A stretch of DNA of 64,000 nt from Pseudovirgaria hyperparasitica (lineage: Eukaryota): assembly GCA_010093815.1 (NCBI GenBank), contig ML996568.1; one strand, written 5' to 3'. The position numbers and the translations under genes were made by a program. Below the pieces are notes generated by a model. It was not told where the DNA came from. It did not search any database and saw only the letters and a program-made list of their open reading frames with translations. Below are positions 39,541 through 51,561 of this stretch, piece after piece (the first letter of the stretch is position 1; the number at the start of each line of letters is the position of its first letter).

Positions 39541-42088
39541 GTCTAAGTTGAGATATATGACAGTCTAGGAGGACTGGAAGTCAATAAAAAGCAAGAGGAC
39601 ATGTACAAGTGTCATGGGTATCATGATATGACCCTCTGCAAAACAAAAGTCTCTTAACTCTGCATCAGTGTACCCGGAGCGTATCTGTAAGTAAGTACTT
39701 AGGTGAGAAGGATCTTCGTATGGGCATCACGAATATCCCTGACCATTAACATTCATTTTCGTTCTATACATCTCCAGAACAGTCTCTCACAGTATCACTG
39801 CCTATGGACCACGGTGTTGGATTACAGCGCTTAACATAGTATCAAGCTGAATTTGTCTCGTCAGATTAAATGACGTGGGTGCTACTTCTATATGCAAATA
39901 ATCAGTAGAAGTATGTGATTACATCTGGAACGTATGGTAAAGGTGAGCAGGATGTCGTGTTGGGCTGACTACCGCGAACAATATTGATGACCACCATCGT
40001 CGCAGCCCTGTCTCACCAAGCTTAACCGACACACAGCCAGAAGAGGTATTCTTCATTCTGTACGGTCGTGATCGACCATGGTACAAATCAGCATGTTCGA
40101 TAACATGGCTGCCATCAGGAATCAAGCTGCTTGAGAAGTTGAACCAGTGCCATATGTAAGATTCGCATGAGCAACGGGTACATATTCATACAATGGGTGG
40201 AACCCCATCCAGTGCCTTCGGCAAGCCCCCAGTACTTTCATCCTCGAAAGGCAACAAGGTCTATCATCAGCAAGCTAAACCTAAAAACCATTAAGCTCTA
40301 ATAGCTTCAGTCAAGGCAGATTTTCATCGCTGTTATTTTATCCAACCTAGACCAGTCTTCCTACTCCGTCGATATCAGGAGGGGACACATTGTTCAATTG
40401 GGTCGTCGCGGAGATCGAGTCCAATAATCAATGTATAAGAAGAGCCTACCAGGGTGGTACCATTACTATGTGACCACTTGCGCCGGGCAGAAATTTGGTA
40501 CGTATTACAGTATATTGTGAGAGAAAGATGTTCGATTGATTCAATTATTTAGGTCATCTTATTGTTCTTTGCTTTAGTATAGGATCTCCCCTTGGTTGAT
40601 TTGTCGCGCTGTCGCTCATTTGAGATGCACAATTTAATCAATTAAAGTCTAGAAGTCCATGAATTATGTTCTTCTGGTGCATCTATAGTAATACAATGGT
40701 ACCACACGCTCGTCCTTGCAATGAAGCCAACCCGAAGTGCTCTAATATGAAAACCTATGTGTAAGAATGTCACCAGGGTGCTGAAAAGTTGAATACTTCT
40801 TGGAAACTGTCATCATCCTAAACCTTCTTTCTCTCATTCAATTGACATGGCCTAACTTACCAGGCTCTATCCGACTGATGTCGTGCTAACTTCGATGTCA
40901 AAGCTCCACAATCAGGAGATGTAGACGTATTCGCCTGCATATCTAGCTCATCTACGAATTCAGGATTCAGGGACTAATAGAACTCGACAGTCCGGGGTCG
41001 TCGCTAGCCATTGATATGTAACCCGATATACCATAGGTTATCTTGTCGCCTTTCTGCCATACTCGCGAGATTACGGTCACATGTAGGGTAATGTCGGGTG
41101 ACTCAGATATCATTCTTCCCATCATGCTTCGAATGTTTATCAACACATCAACATAGGTGATAGTCATAATCACGACGGAATACAGCGGATATGAACACAT
41201 GTATCTACTGGCAGCAGTACAAACAGAAGCAGGTCTTCTTGCGTGCATAGTCTTACAAACAGTGCCAAACACTTATTGCGGCCAAGATTGACGCCTGACA
41301 TGAACAAGCAGCATATGTGGGATTGTTGTTACCAAGGAAGCCATCTTACTGAGAAGTGATCGATTGCCGTGAGACCAATGGTGCCTTGTATGTTGATACG
41401 TCACCATGATCACTGACAACGAAGGATCACTGCGGACCCACTAAGTCTACAGACACGGATGCAACTGCCGCACCGGGATCCGAAACAGAGGGGGTATCCT
41501 TAAACCCGTAAATATTTTCGGGACGATAGAAAGGGCATATCTTCTAGAGTAGAGACTTTTCAGCGCCTGTTCCAAGGCTAGAAGTCGCCAAAGCCACAGG
41601 AATCTAGAGAAGTGCTTTATGTGCTCCCATAGCTTAAGCATTCCTCGTGACATAATTACTCCTCTGTGCTTAGTTCTCATTTCGGTCATGTTTTCCATGT
41701 ACCATGATACTAAGCAAGCTCTTGGTGTATGCTTGAGATGGTACCTGTACAATTCATATCGCCGACAGATTGCAGTACACTCTCGACAAGAGATCGTGAC
41801 ACCTGAAGCATCAAACCCTCAACGTGCGTACTGATTTTCTTGCGATAGTAGAAAGAGCAGAGCAGGTCAGAATTAGCAAATCGAGAATAGAATTCTGACG
41901 TCCGAATTGTTTGTATTTACCTACACTAGACAGCCTCGTAGACGAGCTAATACCTGTGGCTGTGATAAGATTCGGCCAGTATGTAGGAAGGTTCATACCT
42001 AGGAAATGTCTAAGTGTTGTATTAATGAGCATGACAGAGTATCTATAGTTACATAAGAGTACAGCTTATTCCAGAAACACCTGGTCTT

Positions 42089-43938
42089 CTACCCTGCATG
42101 TTCAACAATCTCACTCACTAGCTGTCCATTCTTGATGTACGTTCTGATCTGCTCCGGGGTGGGATGCTCGGTGTAGTCACCATCCTCCTGCGCTGGTGGT
42201 ATGTTGATGTTTATACTGCTGCACTTGCTGGTGAAGATCTCCGTACTGAGGCTGTCTTTGCTGAGATATATCGATGCACCATCAACTTGGTCTAGGAGTA
42301 CAGTAGGTAGACTTCCCAGCACCTGAAGAGCAAAGTTTGGACATTTGATCACATCGACGGATGATACAAGGGTGTCGATAACGAGGGATGCTCGCGAGGA
42401 ATTATCAATACTGATGGAATTGGCTTTGCCAATGATACGAATTGTGGCTTTATTGCATTTCGTGATCAGTACAGATTGCTTGAGATTGGCCTCAATCTCA
42501 ATCATTTCATCAGGGGATTCAAAATTTTCCTGACTGGGTATTAGTAACAAAGCCCTCAAATGCTGAGCTGCACTTACTATTATCCACTTCTGGCCATCAA
42601 GCTCCTTCCTGGGGGGTTTCTTTGTCCTCATACTTTCGGGCTTTGGTTTTTTTCCTGGGGGCGCTGGAGACTTGCTCCTGCTGATCAAAGAAGATTGGCT
42701 ATTACTTCTTTGAGGCACCGATGAGGATGTTCTTAGTGAAGGGTTTTTGTGAGTCATTTGACTTGCATCAACTTTCTTCAATCCCTTGGTGACGTCTGAG
42801 CCCTTATTGAGTTGGTCAAAGACAGCACCCATGTCACCTGTCGGAGCCGTTCCCCGAGAAGCACCCGGCGCTGGCGGCAATTGGGGTGGGATCGCATCGA
42901 AGGTTGGTAACGGTGGCGGGGGTGGCGGTTGGGGAGGTCCACCAGCAGGAACTGCACCATTCACAGTAGAACAGTCTTTAGCTTTGACCTGTTTCAAGGC
43001 TTCAATAGCATCGATGCCATCTTTGTTCCAAGGTACCCCTCGTTCGTAGAACTTCTTGACATACGCAATAAGATCCTTGTATATAGAATAGTACGCCTGA
43101 ACCCATTCGGTGTGCTGTGGTTGTCTGGACCCTGATGAGTTGAGATACTTTTACAAATCTGAGTAGTCTTACTTTTGCTTGAGAACCTTGTTTCCGTACA
43201 TCTGAGCGCCGCCAAAAAGTTCCGAAACATAGTCGGCAGGTTTAGGATTGCTATCGACCGTCACCCATCCCAAGGCCCCGACTCCATCAGCTACCATAGA
43301 TAGATGGTCTTTCAGCTCAGAAGCGCGGTGTGACTGTCGAACCTCGTCCACCTTTTCAATTGCTCCTTGAAGGTCTCTCAAGACTTCCATGTATTTCGAG
43401 GACGCTACATCAGGCTTCTTGGCCTTTGTTGTGACAAGGAGAAACTGTTTCTGAGCTTCGAATGCGCTAACAACTGCAGCGGCCTGTTCCCCAAGGACAG
43501 GGTCAAGTTGGGCGCTCTGAGTCTTCCATGCCTGGACGCCTTTAGGGCCTGCTATAAGTTCATTGTACCCTTCTACCGATGGTGGCAGCATCGATATCAT
43601 GGGGGGAGATAGAGCTGCTGGGGCTGTAGGAGTCTTCGCAGTAGCAGGCGTAGTAGCTATAGCTGTGACTGGGGTCGCAGTTGAAATTGAGCCCCGTTGG
43701 CCTTCCTGCTCAAAAGTTGACGATGCAATATCTTCGAGCCGAGAGGTAGCAGCTTCAAGCCTAGAAATCAATACCGTCAGCGCGGTGTTACCAGCTGTTA
43801 CGGGTGTAGTGACCCGATAGCTCAGACGGTCGGGCATTGCGAAGGGTAATCGGAAATAGTGCTTTGTCGAGGATGAAAATGAAATGAAACGAACCGCTTT
43901 ATGAGAGTCGTAAGGTTATGCATGTTGTTTGCCGCCAT
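42089..43938 (-). CDS. SRV2: Adenylyl cyclase-associated protein (CAP/Srv2); 4 exons
   Basis: MAANNMHNLTTLIKR|LEAATSRLEDIA, polyproline tract, WH2-like VTKGLKKV, MTHKNPSLR and a CARP domain ending SEIVEHAG. Introns at ~43761-43894, 43125-43172 and 42531-42577. Confidence 0.96.
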
Positions 43939-44440
43939 ATCTGCCGGGATATGCGCAGCTGCAAGGAAGTACTGATGGTAATGGTGCAACGGGGATGCTC
44001 AAATGATTGATCGCAAGATGTGTTTAGTGGCTAACGATTACCAATCGATGCGACGACAAGATTCCGCAGTGCGTCGAACGACAGAGCCCGAACAGGTATT
44101 GTAGAGTGCGAATAGAGCTGTATATAGAGCAGACGATGACTTTGTACAGATGCCTGGCTGCGACGATGTGAGAAGTAGAAGTTTAAGGAGAGGATGGATG
44201 CCTTGATGCCTTGTTGGATCGTCCCGTCTCCCTGAGATATAGTGCAGTCTGCCTTTCCCAACATACAAAGACACTGTGTATCTCGAAGCTCCTCGCACGC
44301 TCAAATAGTCGATGAACTTTCTTTCAGACCTCTTCGTCAGGTGTTAAGTCTGTAGATTGCAATTTGGTGCTGAACATTCTCATACAGTCGGTAATATCAA
44401 CACAAGCAGGCGTAGTAGACTTCTCCCAGCTCGACTAAGA

Positions 44441-45642
44441 ATGGATGATCCGATGAGGAACGTGCCTCAGACGGACGTGAGAATAGATTTCTGTACTCTT
44501 GGCATGTTTATAATTGGTATCGAGACTCGACTCGACTATGCTAAGGCTCATCAATGGAAGAGCTGACAAAGGTAAATAGATGAAATACACTTCCCACCAC
44601 CCAAGCCAGCAGCGACGAACATTATTGGCGGCGCAGGTGCATATTCGGCATTGGGCGCGCGATTACTGTCACCGCCACCGCTATCGAATTCGGTTGGATG
44701 GATAATTGATTGCGGGTCTGACTTTCCGTCAGACCTTCGCAAGAATATTGCGCAATGGTGCACTACGTGTCTCATGCGCGAAACCCCCAATAGACTGACT
44801 ACGAGAGGATGGAACGGATATGGCGAGAACGAACACAGAGGTATGTACTAGAAACATGTAATTTGCAACCTTCACGAACATTCTAATCTAACTTAACAGC
44901 TTTTCGATATACCACACCAAAGCTACGGCTTGATCATGAGTCCCTGGACTACAATCTATTAAGATCCAAGTCATTCCATCTCATATGCTCTCCTAAGAGA
45001 TGTGTCGAGATGACGAAGGGTATCATCTGTCGCCGGAATCAAATGCCTCATGCACAGCCTGGAGATCCGCCGCTGTTCATCTGGGAACCCGTGCCCGACC
45101 TTTGTAAGCCAGAGGAGCTTGAGAACTGTCTGGAAGCTTTGCATGCTGTTGACATAGTGAGCCCCAATCACTCCGAACTCGGAGACTTTTTTGGAGTATG
45201 CGCTATAGACGGCGATGATGTGAGTAAGTCCTTTGTCAAACAGTGTGCTGATTCCTGGCTTGCCTCTGGAATCGGCAGAAATGGGCTTGGTGCTGTTGTC
45301 GTGCGAGCCGGAAAGGACGGATGCTATGTTGCCACCAGGGAGAAAGCGTCATGGATGCCACCATATCACCGAAATGCAGATAAGGTCGTCGATCCGACAG
45401 GTGGTGGAAATGGTTTCCTTGGAGGCTTGGCCATTGGACTTGTCCGCAGCCAGGAGGAAGATTGGGTTTCAAAGGTCGAAGATGGAGCTTGCTGGGGATC
45501 AGTGGCTGCAAGTTTTGCAATTGAGCAAATTGGTATGCCAACGCTCGAAAGTAGAGATGACGGAGAACTGTGGAACGGACAGAGCGTTTTCCAACGACTT
45601 TCGGAATACAAAGAGGGGCTGGAGCAGTATGTACAGCCTTGA
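44441..45642 (+). CDS. PfkB/ribokinase-family kinase, MAK32-like; 3 exons
   Basis: DFCTLGMFII|DEI, IGGAGAYSALGAR, WIIDCGSDFP, FIWEPVPD, SPNHSEL and VVDPTGGGNGFLGG. Introns at ~44517-44579 and 44841-44899. Confidence 0.9.
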
Positions 45643-45741
45643 GTGCTAACCAGCACACAACCCAAGGTCCAAACAATAGGTTTTACTTCTAGTTTTCCTC
45701 ACATGCTCAATTGATGTCCCAATGGGCCGAGAGCGCGCTCC

Positions 45742-46404
45742 TTAGGCCTTTGACCTTGCTTCTGCTTCTCTGATCTCCCTACTCCACCTGTGACAATTCA
45801 GTCTACTTTCTAGCATGTCGACAACGAAGCTTACCATCTGCTGGGATAGAATCTGTCGGACCTAGGCATTTTTCCGTAACGCTCTTCTCGGCTCGCACTG
45901 ACCGACAACGCCACTCCGCAGAGTCCGATGATTACAGCTCCCATGATAGCTGTGTTGGCCTTCCAATTTGCGGGCCTCGAATACCATCCACCAGAGGGTG
46001 ACCAAACGTGTTTGGGATACCTATAGAGAATTGGTAGTTAGTCCTCGAGCATGAATGGAGTGGGCGAGACCCAGTGACTCGCATACAGGACCTTGTCGGC
46101 GGTAGACCGCACGATCTTCCCATCTTTCAAGGATTCAAGCTTGTAAGGGTTCGGCCGAGTCGTAAGATGGGGTTCTCCGTGATGTGGTTCTGCATTGATA
46201 CCTAGATGAGCGGCAGCGATCTCCTGTCTTGTAGATTTGGGCAGAGAAGCAAGTGTTGTTTGACGGTTGTCTGGTGACGGAGTTAGCTGGGTGGATCGCA
46301 GCGATATCATATATCTTACCTTCTACGCGTTTCAGTGCTTGGAATAGTTCGTCAATCTCTTGACCGGAGGCGCCCATTTTGAACGATTGTGGTGTCATGT
46401 ACAT
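45742..46404 (-). CDS. Small mitochondrial complex I accessory subunit-like protein (NUUM-like), with an apparent N-terminal extension; start uncertain (46404, 46398 or 46377)
   Basis: Exon ~46021-45836 encodes YPKHVWSPSGGWYSRPANWKANTAIMGAVIIGLCGVALSVSASREERYGKMPRSDRFYPSR. The last exon is WWSREIREAEARSKA*. Introns are canonical GT-AG with CTAAC-type branch points. Confidence 0.75.
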
Positions 46405-46607
46405 CCGTACCTCCAACGTCGTCGTGACGAGTGGTGGTTCGCCGCTGAATCAAGATTACATAACACCACGCTAATCCGAATGTGCATGAAGAAGGAAAGC
46501 TTCGGTCACGAATATTTTCTATGAGCAGCACACGCCCCTATCTTGAAACTGTTCGACGTCTTCTCGCTCCGCTTTGCGTTCTTCTCCCGTCCTCCACATT
46601 TTCTCCA

Positions 46608-47948
46608 ATGAAGCGATTACGGATACAAAGATGGGGTCGCCAACTCCTCTCGCTTCGGACACAACCTACATCCATTCCCTACCTTCCTCGTCCAGCACAA
46701 AGTTCATATAGATCAGTTCAACACCGCGCCCTTTCCGCATCAGCAATACACAAATACCCTCTGTCGACGCAGAACCTAGGAGAAAATGGATATGGGGCAA
46801 CACAAGGACAAGAGCAGGTAGAGCAAGACTTGGACAGAAGCCAGTGGGTTCAGGAAACCAATGAAGAGTATCACGAGCGCAAAGCAGCGGATCGTGACAG
46901 AATTGCTAAAGAGTTCGCGGACCCTGATCTGCTACTCGGATCGCCATCTCCATCGGTGGCGCGACAGTCCGCCAAGCTCGCAGCACTCCACGCTCGATTA
47001 TCATTACCTACACGATTTCCTCTAGAGACCCTTGCACGCACATTGGTACATCCAACAGCAAATCCTTCATCAGAATACAACAATGAATCCCTCGCAGTGC
47101 TAGGAACAGACCTGTTAGCATACTATGCCGCTGAGCACCTCCTCTGCCATTATCCTCGATTGCCTATGTCTGTGCTATTCGCGGCTCAATGGGGTTACGT
47201 AGGGCCACACACTCTTTCTGCTATGGCATCGGAATGGGGCATAGAGCACGCATATCCCGGAGACGAGGTTGAACCAGGGCATCTTATGTTCATGTCGGCA
47301 GATCAATCCCCAGACGCATTGCGAATGCAAGAACAAGCGGAAAACCTAGTGCTGAAAGGCACAGCAAATGTTCTTAAACGTGGAGCAAATTGGCTCAGTC
47401 AGCGTGACCAATTCGGCGAAATGCACCCCTCGAAGGAGATACTAGACCAGATGGCTGAAGCAACAAAGCAGGAAGGTCTCCGAACAGCAACGGCCATAGA
47501 TGCCAACGCGTCTTTCATACGGGCTCTGTTTGGCGCAATCTATCTCCACTGCGGCCGTATAGCTACTCAGCGCTTCTTCACCTCTCACTTACTCTCCCGT
47601 CAACTCGATATAGCCTCCATCTTCGAATTCAAGAAGCCCAAATACGATCTCTCGAGGCTGTGTGCTCGAGAAGGCTTCGATCCGCCTGTCGCTCGCCTCA
47701 TATCCGAGACTGGGCGCCTGAGTAGACATCCTGTCTTTGTTGTCGGCGTATTCAGTGGGGAAGATGAGCTAGGACAGGCCGCTGGCGCCAGCCTCGATGA
47801 AGCGCGTACCCGTGCTGCCGTTGCGGCGCTAAAGAGTTGGTATCTGTACAGTCCGATGGAAGTCACGAAGCCCAGCAGCGTTGAGGGAGCGGGCAATAAA
47901 AGTAAGTGGATACCTAATATGGTTGACCCGGGCGAGGTCGTCACTTGA
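46608..47948 (+). CDS. MRPL3: Mitochondrial large ribosomal subunit protein mL44 (MrpL3), RNase III-like plus dsRBD
   Basis: Presequence MKRLRIQRWGRQ, then SAKLAALHARLSLP, YPRLP, RLISETGRLSRHPVFVVGVFSG and ARTRAAVAALKSWYLYSP. Single exon. Confidence 0.93.
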   Translation: MKRLRIQRWGRQLLSLRTQPTSIPYLPRPAQSSYRSVQHRALSASAIHKYPLSTQNLGENGYGATQGQEQVEQDLDRSQWVQETNEEYHERKAADRDRIAKEFADPDLLLGSPSPSVARQSAKLAALHARLSLPTRFPLETLARTLVHPTANPSSEYNNESLAVLGTDLLAYYAAEHLLCHYPRLPMSVLFAAQWGYVGPHTLSAMASEWGIEHAYPGDEVEPGHLMFMSADQSPDALRMQEQAENLVLKGTANVLKRGANWLSQRDQFGEMHPSKEILDQMAEATKQEGLRTATAIDANASFIRALFGAIYLHCGRIATQRFFTSHLLSRQLDIASIFEFKKPKYDLSRLCAREGFDPPVARLISETGRLSRHPVFVVGVFSGEDELGQAAGASLDEARTRAAVAALKSWYLYSPMEVTKPSSVEGAGNKSKWIPNMVDPGEVVT

Positions 47949-48296
47949 TCGAATAGTGTGCAGGCACTATAACCTGAGCAAGAGGAATACAATGACGAAA
48001 CCATGAACGATCATCCGCCGTGCGGATTTCAAAAACTGTCGTTTTGAGAGCGAATAGTGGATTCTCAAGTCGTAGCTGTGAAAAGCAGCCACCTGTATCC
48101 ACTTATATATACATATTGTACATTAGAAAATCAGCGGGGCTATGTAAATCATGATAGAGACTTTCGAAGTCCTTCCATATCTATGTCTACGTATGGTAAG
48201 CTATTTATGACTACAAACGCATGTAACAAGAAGGTGCTATCAAGTACATTTACGCCTCTGAGTATCGAATGCAGCTCCAGCTCCAGCCTCGAGTTC

Positions 48297-50822
48297 TCAC
48301 GAAAAATGATCTGCATGATCTCCCTGTCCTAATTTCTTCCCTCCTTCACCCCTGCGCACCTTCGCTCGCCTCCTTGCCTCCCTCGTAACCTTCTCCGTCT
48401 CGAGTCGTAACTTCTTCTTCCGCTCATAGACCGCACGCACAGTTCTCTTCGTCCTCTCGGCGCCCTCTTCGAAATTTGCCTTAGCCAGCTGCACAACGCT
48501 CTCTATTTCTTCTGGGCTGTACACGAAATTCCACGTTGACATGAAATCAGATGTGGAGGGGTTTATGCCGGGAACGGAAGGATTGGGGACGAACGGATTG
48601 TAGACAACGGTGATACCAGCATTTGGCGTCATGAGTTGCCAGTCTTCTTCTACGACATGTGATGTTGGGGGGATGTCTGCTGAAGTGCGTTCCTCAGTGG
48701 TGCCAATCCAGACGTTGCAGAACCCGAGGTCCTTCTCAACGTTTGCACTAGGCCTGCTGTCCTTATCATCGGAATCTTGTGCCTTGGCAAGTTTCTGCTG
48801 CGCGTCAGCTTCAGTGTTGGCTTGTGCTGATTCGAATTCCTGGTTGATTTGCTCTTTTGTTTCGCCCACAGTGGGCCATCCTGCGCCGATGGGCCAACCT
48901 TTGATGCCACGCTGGCGGGCATAGCCGTCAACAACTTTGAGCCAATTATCTTCCCTGACGTCTGCGGAGGCATCGAACGCAATAATAATGTCAACTTCGC
49001 GGCCGGGGCGAAGTAGTGGGTAGATTGGGAGATTGTTGCTCATTCCAGCATCCATGAGCTCGAGGTACTTCGATTCGAAAACATCTTTAGGGACAGATGT
49101 GGGAAGCGCACCTTGCATGCCTAAGGCAAAGTTGGGAATGGTGGCAGGATCGATCGGGTGTATCTTTACGAGATCATCGTCGCGTTCAGCGATGAGTTGG
49201 TCGATGCCTCCGAATCCCGAGAGACTTTTCACGATAGGGCGAATCTCTTTATAATAGTGCGAGAGTGTAGCACAGAAGGCACTGCCCCAGATGCCCATCA
49301 TTATAGGGACACGGGTCTCGGGGAGTACCATGCCATTATTCTGCCAGACGGTTTTACCATTTTCAAATTTACGACCCATCGCCCAGGTTGGAATTCCGGC
49401 TTCATATTCCTCACACCAAAACTCGTATGGGGTGATTCTTAGCCAGTCAGATTCGTAACGAATGTAACAGGGGCAAAGTCTACTTACTCGAACCACTGGA
49501 ACCATGCCTCTCTCTTGGCCCTTTCCTTCGCTGCCTCTACACTCGTTTCATTCTGCTCTTGAAATGGTATCTCGTGTCGAACAGCTGTGTAAATAGGCAT
49601 CGGAAACTTCCCGCCATCAGTATATCGGCGCTGATTAGAAACTTTGAGATCTGCGTCATGTACAGCAAGTTCTCCCTTTGGGACGAGTAGACGTGCTGCG
49701 AGTAATAGTCCATAAACATCAACCAGTCCGAATTCAGCGTCGGGTGTTCCTTTTAGCTTTTCCACGAGTCCACCAAGCAGATACTTATTCGTGGGGGCCG
49801 AGTTTAACAGTGACAGGGCTGTCGGTGGGAACGCAATGTGAACACCCAGTCGACTTTTGAGGTGTCTGATGAGGTTTTGGTGGTTCTGGCCTGTGATGGA
49901 AGAATAGAAAAGTGCTTGCATCCAACAGCTCCCACTGACTCCAGCCGAGTAGGTCACACAATCGAACAGTCCAGCCTCCTGGGCAGACAAGTAAGACGAG
50001 GCACCTGCAACTAATGCTCTCAGGCCCCCACCAGAGCCACACATAGCAATGACCGGAATATCGTTCGGGTGAATATCTTCCTCCTTGAGATCCAGATAGC
50101 TGGCTAGAGCTTTACGCGTGAAGTGTCGCCGGTTGTCGAGGAAATTCTTCTCTTGTGGGCATATCTCGTTCGACACCCTGACCGCTGCGTCCCATATGAT
50201 CTCAGGATTTGACTCAGGATCATGAGCTTCCCACCATATTTGTTCGGCGAGTGATCCCGGAGCCATTGAGAGCTCATTTTGCAATTTTGTGATGAACTCC
50301 GGCAGGAGCTTGACCCAGTCAGGAACTAATAGGTTCGTGATCTTGTCGCCTATAGATTCAAAGTCTATCCAAGGCCTCTTCCCTTCGCTGTCCTCACTCC
50401 TCTGCGTTTGTGATGGAGGGGACTGGGCGCCTGAACCATCTACGCATGCGGCGGGTGCGTCGGTACTGGTCTGCTTCCTTCTTTGATCTTTGCTCCTTTC
50501 GATGATAGGTGCCTCTCGTCCCCAGCGCGAGAATCTGTCGGAGCTATCGCATTTTCTTTGAGATTGGTGAAAGTAGACACCTACTTTCTCGAAATGACCA
50601 TGACTCTGACCGTACAGGAGGAGGCCTGCAGCAGCAGCCACCGCAGTCGCATGCGCTGCACTTGACAAGTGAGTAGGACGGGCTTCCGGGTGTCGGTGGG
50701 CGGTGCGAGTCGAGTATCTAATCACTGTTAGTAGCCATAATGCGCAAGGTCTCCGTAAATCCTTACTGTCGGGCAGCAAATCCTATGCGGCGATGGGCGG
50801 GGACCGCATGCGGCCTATGCAT
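48297..50822 (-). CDS. Cytosolic phospholipase A2 / lysophospholipase (PLA2c domain) family protein; 3 exons
   Basis: SGGGLRAL oxyanion motif, GVSGS nucleophile and LMDAGMSNNLP catalytic Asp. The first exon MHRPHAVPAHRRIGFAARQ joins in frame across intron ~50718-50766. Second intron at ~49439-49487. Confidence 0.92.
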
Positions 50823-51561
50823 AGTTGTTGTTCTCCTAGAAGCGACTGCAAGCACCTACAAGGAACACAAATGGTGAAAAAATTAGCGGATATTCAGAAC
50901 GCTAGATGGGCCACTTTTGCTCCTAGGCACTTGATAATGAATATTGGTGCCTGGCAGCCTAATGTCGGCCCGGGGGAGAGTTGTGGATATTAGTAAGTAA
51001 TTACTACTACAGTGGACCCAGCCTGGTTCTTTCCAGGAACTTGAAGTACTGGGTGGTCTAATACAGGTTGCGCAATCCCGTCTTCTCAGGACTTGTCTAG
51101 GTAACGGCCAGTGCGAGTATCACGATCGATGAGATATCTTTAGGAAGGGAATAATTCCAGAGACCCAGAATCCGAACATCGAAAGCATTAATTACTACGT
51201 AAATTCCTTGCAGAGTTAAGACAGCTCCATCGGTGTCAATAGAACTCGAGTTCATCCGGGCTGTTGAACGCCGAGCAGCTGTATAGACTTTCCTCTCTTT
51301 ACTGCGGTGAAGAGAGCTTCAGCCTGGTTTGCCGTGGCACTGTTCGAGCTTTTGGAACCTAGAATCCTCACTATTAATACTACATTTCGTCGTCACCGCA
51401 GCAGGTCCCACCCCTTTCGCCGCATCCCTCTCTCTGTATCTGCATCTGCCCTTCCGTCTGGCCGTTGTTTAACAACCGTCGCCCACCCGTACGAATCCCG
51501 CGAACCCACAAACCTTGGGAAGCAGCGCATCAATTATCTCCGGACGGGAACTGACGACACC

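Noticed and set aside
39600..42050. Possible small genes between eIF5B and CAP
   Set aside because: Only short ORFs without recognisable domains or a consistent splice model. A diverged gene or pseudogene cannot be excluded without RNA data.
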